From contig OZ024749.1 of NCBI GenBank assembly GCA_964016885.1, forward strand, positions 9,424,001 through 9,488,000: 64,000 bases of DNA. Direction: 5' to 3'. The position numbers and the translations under genes were made by a program. This document shows positions 54,201-64,000 of the stretch, one piece after another. A model generated the notes under the pieces. It ran no database searches. It worked only from the letters and a program-made list of their open reading frames with translations, and was not told where the DNA came from. Every line of letters starts with the position of its first letter. Within the stretch, counting starts at the first letter, position 1. This DNA is from Eledone cirrhosa (Eukaryota).

Positions 54201-57200
54201 ACCTTCGCATCTACTGTGGTTATATTAGTAGGAAATAGTTAAATACTATACCTTCACATCTACTGTGGTTATATTAGTAGGAAATAGTTAAATACTACAC
54301 CTTCACATCTACTGTGGTTATATTAATAGGAAATAGTTAAATATTATACCTTCATATCTACTGTAGTTATATTAGTGGGAAATAGTTAAATACTATACCT
54401 TCACATCTACTGTGGTTATATTAGTAGGAAATAGTGAAATATTATACCTTCACATCTACTGTGGTTATATTAGTGGGATGTAGTTAAATACTATACCTTC
54501 ACATCTACTGTGGTTATATTAGTAGGAAATAGTTAAATACTACACCTTCACATCTACTGTGGTTATATTAGTGGGATGTAGTTAAATATTATACCTTCAC
54601 ATCTACTGTGGTTATATTAGTGGGATGTAGTTAAATATTATACCTTCACATCTACTGTGATTATATTAGTGGGATGTAGTTAAGTACAATTCCTTCACAT
54701 CTACTGTGGTTATATTGGTGGGATGTAGTTAAATACTATACCTTCACATCTACTGTGGTTATATTAGTAGGAAATAGTTAAATATTATACCTTCACATCT
54801 ACTGTGGTTATATTAGTGGGATGTAGTTAAATACTATGCCTTCACATCTACTGTGGTTATATTAGTGGGATGTAGTTAAATACTATACTTTCACATCTAC
54901 TGTGGTTATATTAGTGGGATGTAGTTAAATACTATACCTTCACATCTACTGTGGTTATATTAGTAGGATGTAGTTAAATATTATACCTTCACATCTACTG
55001 TGGTTATATTAGTAGGAAATAGTTAAATATTATACCTTCACATCTACTGTAGTTATATTAGTAGGAAATAGTTAAATACTATACCTTCACATCTACTGTG
55101 GTTATATTAGTAGGAAATAGTTAAATATTATACCTTCACATCCACTGTGGTTATATTAGTAGGAAATAGTTAAATATTATACTTTCACATATACTGTGGT
55201 TATATTACTAGGAAATACTTAAATACTACACCTTCACATCTACTGTGGTTATATTAGTAGGAAATAGTTAAATACTACACCTTCACATCTACTGTTTTTA
55301 TATCAGTAGTATGTAGTTAAATAATATACCTTCACATCTACTGTGGTTATATTAGTGGGATGTAGTTAAATATTATACCTTCACATCTACTGTTGTTATA
55401 TTAGTAGGATGTAGTTAATTATTATACCTTCACATCTACTTTAGTTATATTAGTAGGAAATAGGTAAATATTATACCTTCACATCTACTGTGGTTATATT
55501 AGTAGGAAATAGTTAAATATTATACCTTCGCATCTACTGTGGTTATATTAGTGGGATGTAGTTAAATACTATACCTTCACATCTACTGTGGTTATATTAG
55601 TAGGAAATAGTTAAATACTATACCTTCACATCTACTGTGGTTATATTAGTAGGATGTAGTTAAATATTATACCTTCACATCTACTGTGGTTATATTAGTA
55701 GGAAATAGTTAAATACTATACCTTCACATCTACTGTGGTTATATTAGTAGGAAATAGTTAAATACTACACCTTCACATCTACTGTGGTTATATTAATAGG
55801 AAATAGTTAAATATTATACCTTCATATCTACTGTAGTTATATTAGTAGGAAATAGTTAAATACTATACCTTCACATCTACTGTGGTTATATTAGTAGGAA
55901 ATAGTGAAATATTATACCTTCACATCTACTATGGTTATATTAGTAGGAAATAGTTTAATACTATACCTTCATATCTACTGTAGTTATATTAGTAGGAAAT
56001 AGTTAAATACTATACCTTCACATCTACTGTGGTTATATTAGTAGGAAATAGTTAAATACTACACCTTCACATCTACTGTGGTTATATTAGTGGGATGTAG
56101 TTAAATATTATACCTTCACATCTACTGTGGTTATATTAGTGGGATGTAGTTAAATATTATACCTTCACATCTACAGTGGTTATATTAGTGGGATGTAGTT
56201 AAATATTATACCTTCACATCTACTGTGGTTATATTAGTGGGATGTAGTTAAGTACTATACCTTCACATCTACTGTGGTTATATTGGTGGGATGTAGTTAA
56301 ATACTATACCTTCACATCTACTGTGGTTATATTAGTAGGAAATAGTTAAATATTATACCTTCACATCTACTGTGGTTATATTAGTGGGATGTAGTTAAAT
56401 ACTATACCTTCACATCTACTGTGGTTATATTAGTAGGATGTAGTTAAATACTATACCTTCACATCTACTGTGGTTATATTAGTGGGATGTAGTTAAATAC
56501 TATACCTTCACATCTACTGTGGTTATATTAGTGGGATGTAGTTAAATACTATACCTTCACATCTACTGTGGTTATATTAGTAGGAAATAGTTAAATACTA
56601 CACCTTCACATCTACTGTGGTTATATTAGTGGGATGTAGTTAAATATTATACCTTCACATCTACTGTGGTTATATTAGTGGGATGTAGTTAAATATTATA
56701 CCTTCACATCTACTGTGGTTATATTAGTGGGATGTAGTTAAGTACTATACCTTCACATCTACTGTGGTTATATTGGTGGGATGTAGTTAAATACTATACC
56801 TTCACATCTACTGTGGTTATATTAGTAGGAAATAGTTAAATATTATACCTTCACATCTACTGTGGTTATATTAGTGGGATGTAGTTAAATACTATACCTT
56901 TACATCTACTGTGGTTATATTAGTAGGATGTAGTTAAATACTATACCTTCACATCTACTGTGGTTATATTAGTGGGATGTAGTTAAATACTATACCTTCA
57001 CATCTACTGTGGTTATATTAGTGGGATGTAGTTAAATACTATACCTTCACATCTACTGTGGTTATATTAGTGGGATGTATTTAAGTACTATACCTTCACA
57101 TCTACTGTGGTTATATTAGTGGGATGTAGTTAAATACTATACCTTCACATCTACTGTGGTTATATTAGTGGGATATAGTTAAATACTATACTTTCACATC

Positions 57201-60200
57201 TACTGTGGTTATATTAGTGGGATGTAGTTAAATACTATACCTTCACATCTACTGTGGTTATATTAGTAGGATGTAGTTAAATATTATACCTTCACATCTA
57301 CTGTGGTTATATTAGTAGGAAATAGTTAAATATTATACCTTCACATCTACTGTGGTTATATTAGTGGGATGAAGTTAAGTACTATACCTTCACATCTACT
57401 GTGGTTATATTGGTGGGATGTAGTTAAATACTATACCTTCACATCTACTGTGGTTATATTAGTAGGAAATAGTTAAATATTATACCTTCACATCTACTGT
57501 GGTTATATTAGTGGGATGTAGTTAAATACTATACCTTTACATCTACTGTGGTTATATTAGTAGGATGTAGTTAAATACTATACCTTCACATCTACTGTAG
57601 TTATATTAGTGGGATGTAGTTAAATACTATACCTTCACATCTACTGTGGTTATATTAGTGGGATGTAGTTAAATACTATACCTTCACATCTACTGTGGTT
57701 ATATTAGTGGGATGTAGTTAAGTACTATACCTTGACATCTACTGTGGTTATATTAGTGGGATGTAGTTAAATACTATACCTTCACATCTACTGTGGTTAT
57801 ATTAGTGGGATGTAGTTAAATACTATACTTTCACATCTACTGTGGTTATATTAGTGGGATGTAGTTAAATACTATACCTTCACATCTACTGTGGTTATAT
57901 TAGTAGGATGTAGTTAAATATTATACCTTCACATCTACTGTGGTTATATTAGTAGGAAATAGTTAAATATTATACCTTCACATCTACTGTAGTTATATTA
58001 GTAGGAAATAGTTAAATACTATACCTTCACATCTACTGTGGTTATATTAGTGGGATGTAGTTAAATATTATACCTTCACATCTACTGTGGTTATATTAGT
58101 AGGATGTAGTTAATTATTATACCTTCACATCTACTTTACTTATATTAGTAGGAAATAGGTAAATATTATACCTTCACATCTACTGTGGTTATATTAGTAG
58201 GATGTAGTTAAATATTATACCTTCACATCTACTGTGGTTATATTAGTAGGAAATAGTTAAATACTATACCTTCACATCTACTGTGGTTATATTAGTAGGA
58301 AATAGTTAAATACTACACCTTCACATCTACTGTGGTTATATTAGTAGGAAATAGTTTAATACTATACCTTTATATCTACTGTAGTTATATTAGTAGGAAA
58401 TAGTTAAATACTATACCTTCACATCTACTGTGGTTATATTAGTAGGAAATAGTTAAATACTACACCTTCACATCTACTGTGGTTATATTAGTGGGATGTA
58501 GTTAAATATTATACCTTCACATCTACTGTGGTTATATTAGTGGGATGTTGTTAAATATTATACCTTCACATCTACTGTGGTTATATTAGTGGGATGTAGT
58601 TAAGTACTATACCTTCACATCTACTGTGGTTATATTGGTGGGATGTAGTTAAATACTATACCTTCACATCTACTGTGGTTATATTAGTAGGAAATAGTTA
58701 AATATTATACCTTCATATCTACTGTGGTTATATTAGTAGGATGTAGTTAAATATTATACCTTCACATCTACTGTGGTTATATTAGTGGGATGTAGTTAAA
58801 TACTATATCTTCAGCTCTACTGTGGTTATATTAGTGGGAAATAGTTAAATATTATACCTTCACATCTACTGTGGTTATATTAGTGAGAAATAGTTAAATA
58901 TTATACCTTCACATCTACTGTGGTTATATTAGAGGGATGTAGTTAAGTACTATACCTTCACATCGACTGTGGTTATATTGGTGGGATGTAGTTAAATACT
59001 ATACCTTCACATCTACTGTGGTTATATTAGTAGAAAATAGTTAAATATTATACCTTCACATCTACTGTAGTTACATTAGTAGGAAATAGGTAAATATTAT
59101 ACCTTCACGTCTACTGTAGTTATATTAGTAGGAAATAGTTAAATACTATACCTTCACATCTACTGTGGTTATATTAGTGGGATGTAGTTAAGTACTATAC
59201 CTTCAAATCTACTGTGGTTATATTAGTAGGAAATAGTTAAATACTATACCTTCACATCTACTGTGGTTATATTAGTAGGAAATAGTTAAATATTATACCT
59301 TCAGATCTAATGTGGTTATATTAGTGGGAAATAGTTAAATATTATACCTTCACATCTACTGTGGTTATATTAGTGAGAAATAGTTAAATATTATACCTTC
59401 ACATCTACTGTGGTTATATTAGTGGGATGTAGTTAAGTACTATACCTTCACATCTACTGTGGTTATATTGGTGGGATGTAGTTAAATACTATACCTTCAC
59501 ATCTACTGTGGTTATATTAGTAGGAAATAGTTAAATATTATACCTTCACATCTACTGTAGTTACATTAGTAGGATATAGGTAAATATTATACCTTCACAT
59601 CTACTGTAGTTATATTAGTAGGAAATAGTTAAATACTATACCTTCACATCTACTGTGGTTATATTAGTGGGATGTAGTTAAGTACTATACCTTCACATCT
59701 ACTGTGGTTATATTAGTAGGAAATAGTTAAATACTATACCTTCACATCTACTGTGGTTATATTAGTAGGAAATAGTTAAATATTATACCTTCACATCTAC
59801 TGTGGTTATATTAGTAGGAAATAGTTAAATATTATACCTTCACATCCACTGTGGTTATATTAGTAGGAAATAGTTTAATACTATACCTTTATATCTACTG
59901 TAGTTATATTAGTAGGAAATAGTTAAATACTATACCTTCACATCTACTGTGGTTATATTAGTAGGAAATAGTTAAATACTACACCTTCACATCTACTGTG
60001 GTTATATTAGTGGGATGTAGTTAAATATTATACCTTCACATCTACTGTGGTTATATTAGTGGGATGTTGTTAAATATTATACCTTCACATCTACTGTGGT
60101 TATATTAGTGGGATGTAGTTAAGTACTATACCTTCACATCTACTGTGGTTATATTGGTGGGATGTAGTTAAATACTATACCTTCACATCTACTGTGGTTA

Positions 60201-63200
60201 TATTAGTAGGAAATAGTTAAATATTATACCTTCACATCTACTGTGGTTATATTAGTAGGATGTAGTTAAATATTATACCTTCACATCTACTGTGGTTATA
60301 TTAGTGGGATGTAGTTAAATACTATATCTTCAGCTCTACTGTGGTTATATTAGTGGGAAATAGTTAAATATTATACCTTCACATCTACTGTGGTTATATT
60401 AGTGAGAAATAGTTAAATATTATACCTTCACATCTACTGTGGTTATATTAGTGGGATGTAGTTAAGTACTATACCTTCACATCTACTGTGGTTATATTGG
60501 TGGGATGTAGTTAAATACTATACCTTCACATCTACTGTGGTTATATTAGTAGGAAATAGTTAAATATTATACCTTCACATCTACTGTAGTTACATTAGTA
60601 GGAAATAGGTAAATATTATACCTTCACATCTACTGTAGTTGTATTAGTAGGAAATAGTTAAATACTATACCTTCACATCTACTGTGGTTATATTAGTGGG
60701 ATGTAGTTAAGTACTATACCTTCACATCTACTGTGGTTATATTAGTAGGAAATAGTTAAATACTATACCTTCACATCTACTGTGGTTATCTTAGTAGGAA
60801 ATAGTTAAATATTATACCTTCACATCTACTGTGGTTATATTAGTAGGAAATAGTTAAATATTATACCTTCACATCCACTGTGGTTATATTAGTAGGAAAT
60901 AGTTAAATATTATACTTTCACATCTACTGTGGTTACATTAGTAGGAAATAGTTAAATACTACACCTTCACATCTACTGTGGTTATATTAGTAGGAAATAG
61001 TTAAATACTACACCTTCACATCTACTGTGGTTATATTAGTAGGATGTAGTTAAATATTATACCTTCACATCTACTGTGGTTATATTAGTGGGATGTAGTT
61101 AAATATTATACCTTCACATCTACTGTGGTTATATTAGTAGGATGTAGTTAATTATTATACCTTCACATCTACTTTAGTTATATTAGTAGGAAATAGGTAA
61201 ATATTATACCTTCACATCTACTGTGGTTATATTAGTAGGAAATAGTTAAATATTATACCTTCACATCTACTGTGGTTATATTAATGGGATGTAGTTAAAT
61301 ACTATACCTTCACATCTACTGTGGTTATATTAGTAGGAAATAGTTAAATACTATACCTTCACGTCTACTGTGGTTATATTAGTAGGATGTAGTTAAATAT
61401 TATACCTTCGCATCTACTGTGGTTATATTAGTAGGAAATAGTTAAATACTATACCTTCACATCTACTGTGGTTATATTAGTAGGAAATAGTTAAATACTA
61501 CACCTTCACATCTACTGTGGTTATATTAATAGGAAATAGTTAAATATTATACCTTCATATCTACTGTAGTTATATTAGTAGGAAATAGTTAAATACTATA
61601 CCTTCACATCTACTGTGGTTATATTAGTAGGAAATAGTGAAATATTATACCTTCACATCTACTGTGGTTATATTAGTGGGATGTAGTTAAATACTATACC
61701 TTCACATCTACTGTGGTTATATTAGTAGGAAATAGTTAAATACTACACCTTCACATCTACTGTGGTTATATTAGTGGGATGTAGTTAAATATTATACCTT
61801 CACATCTACTGTGGTTATATTAGTGGGATGTAGTTAAATATTATACCTTCACATCTACTGTAGTTATATTAGTAGGAAATAGTTAAATACTATACCTTCA
61901 CATCTACTGTGGTTATATTAGTAGGAAATAGTTAAATATTATACCTTCACATCCACTGTGGTTATATTAGTAGGAAATAGTTAAATACTACACCTTCACA
62001 TCTACTGTGGTTATATTAGTAGGAAATAGTTAAATACTACACCTTCACATCTACTGTGGTTATATTAGTAGGATGTAGTTAAATATTATACCTTCACATC
62101 TACTGTTGTTATATTAGTAGGATGTAGTTAATTATTATACCTTCACATCTACTTTAGTTATATTAGTAGGAAATAGGTAAATATTATACCTTCACATCTA
62201 CTGTGGTTATATTAGTAGGAAATAGTTAAATATTATACCTTCACATCTACTGTGGTTATATTAGTGGGATGTAGTTAAATACTATACCTTCACATCTACT
62301 GTGGTTATATTAGTAGGAAATAGTTAAATACTATACCTTCACATCTACTGTGGTTATATTAGTAGGATGTAGTTAAATATTATACCTTCACATCTACTGT
62401 GGTTATATTAGTAGGAAATAGTTAAATACTATACCTTCACATCTACTGTGGTTATATTAGTAGGAAATAGTTAAATACTACACCTTCACATCTACTGTGG
62501 TTATATTAATAGGAAATAGTTAAATATTATACCTTCATATCTACTGTAGTTATATTAGTAGGAAATAGTTAAATACTATACCTTCACATCTACTGTGGTT
62601 ATATTAGTAGGAAATAGTGAAATATTATACCTTCACATCTACTGTGGTTATATTAGTAGGAAATAGTTTAATACTATACCTTCATATCTACTGTAGTTAT
62701 ATTAGTAGGAAATAGTTAAATACTATACCTTCACATCTACTGTGGTTATATTAGTAGGAAATAGTTAAATACTACACCTTCACATCTACTGTGGTTATAT
62801 TAGTGGGATGTAGTTAAATATTATACCTTCACATCTACTGTGGTTATATTAGTGGGATGTAGTTAAATATTATACCTTCACATCTACTGTGGTTATATTA
62901 GTGGGATGTAGTTAAATATTATACCTTCACATCTACTGTGGTTATATTAGTGGGATGTAGTTAAGTACTATACCTTCACATCTACTGTGGTTATATTGGT
63001 GGGATGTAGTTAAATACTATACCTTCACATCTACTGTGGTTATATTAGTAGGAAATAGTGAAATATTATACCTTCACATCTACTGTGGTTATATTAGTGG
63101 GATGTAGTTAAATACTATACCTTCACATCTACTGTGGTTATATTAGTAGGAAATAGTTAAATACTACACCTTCACATCTACTGTGGTTATATTAGTGGGA

Positions 63201-64000
63201 TGTAGTTAAATATTATACCTTCACATCTACTGTGGTTATATTAGTGGGATGTAGTTAAATACTATACCTTCACATCTACTGTGGTTATATTAGTAGGAAA
63301 TAGTTAAATACTACACCTTCACATCTACTGTGGTTATATTAGTGGGATGTAGTTAAATATTATACCTTCACATCTACTGTGGTTATATTAGTGGGATGTA
63401 GTTAAATATTATACCTTCACATCTACTGTGGTTATATTAGTGGGATGTAGTTAAGTACTATACCTTCACATCTACTGTGGTTATATTGGTGGGATGTAGT
63501 TAAATACTATACCTTCACATCTACTGTGGTTATATTAGTAGGAAATAGTTAAATATTATACCTTCACATCTACTGTGGTTATATTAGTGGGATGTAGTTA
63601 AATACTATACCTTTACATCTACTGTGGTTATATTAGTAGGATGTAGTTAAATACTATACCTTCACATCTACTGTGGTTATATTAGTGGGATGTAGTTAAA
63701 TACTATACCTTCACATCTACTGTGGTTATATTAGTGGGATGTAGTTAAATACTATACCTTCACATCTACTGTGGTTATATTAGTGGGATGTATTTAAGTA
63801 CTATACCTTCACATCTACTGTGGTTATATTAGTGGGATGTAGTTAAATACTATACCTTCACATCTACTGTGGTTATATTAGTGGGATGTAGTTAAGTACT
63901 ATACCTTCACATCTACTGTGGTTATATTAGTAGGAAATAGTTAAATACTATACCTTCACATCTACTGTGGTTATCTTAGTAGGAAATAGTTAAATATTAT
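36254..64000. repeat. 49-bp satellite array, right arm (~566 units), runs off the window end
   Basis: Same unit and orientation as the left arm. ATCTACTG at 38186 and at 63960 are exactly 526x49 apart. Confidence 0.99.

Noticed and set aside
16887-64000. CRISPR-like or information-storing array (also considered for the 45- and 52-bp arrays)
   Set aside because: Units are contiguous with no unique spacers. Variation is a few SNPs propagated by block duplication. There are no cas-like ORFs and the context is eukaryotic.

Overview
This is a eukaryotic, repeat-dominated window with no confidently identifiable host gene. The SINE and LINE content suggests an octopus or other cephalopod (inference). 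About 85% is tandem repeat: a 45-bp array (1-1200), a 52-bp array (2663-8230), a 24-bp array (8270-8935) and a 49-bp satellite of ~930 units from 16887 to the window end. The 49-bp satellite has multi-kb higher-order duplications and keeps perfect 49-bp phase except next to a young 5'-truncated RTE LINE (34693-36253). That LINE has an uninterrupted ORF with a C4HC3 PHD-like finger inside its reverse transcriptase region. The non-satellite DNA holds tRNA-derived SINEs, a Tx1/L1 fragment, a CR1 fragment nested in a Tigger-like MITE, a mariner MITE, old RTE ends and microsatellites. I found no evidence for a novel enzymatic or defence system. The most interesting signals concern satellite evolution and the RTE insertion. 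All counts were made by eye.
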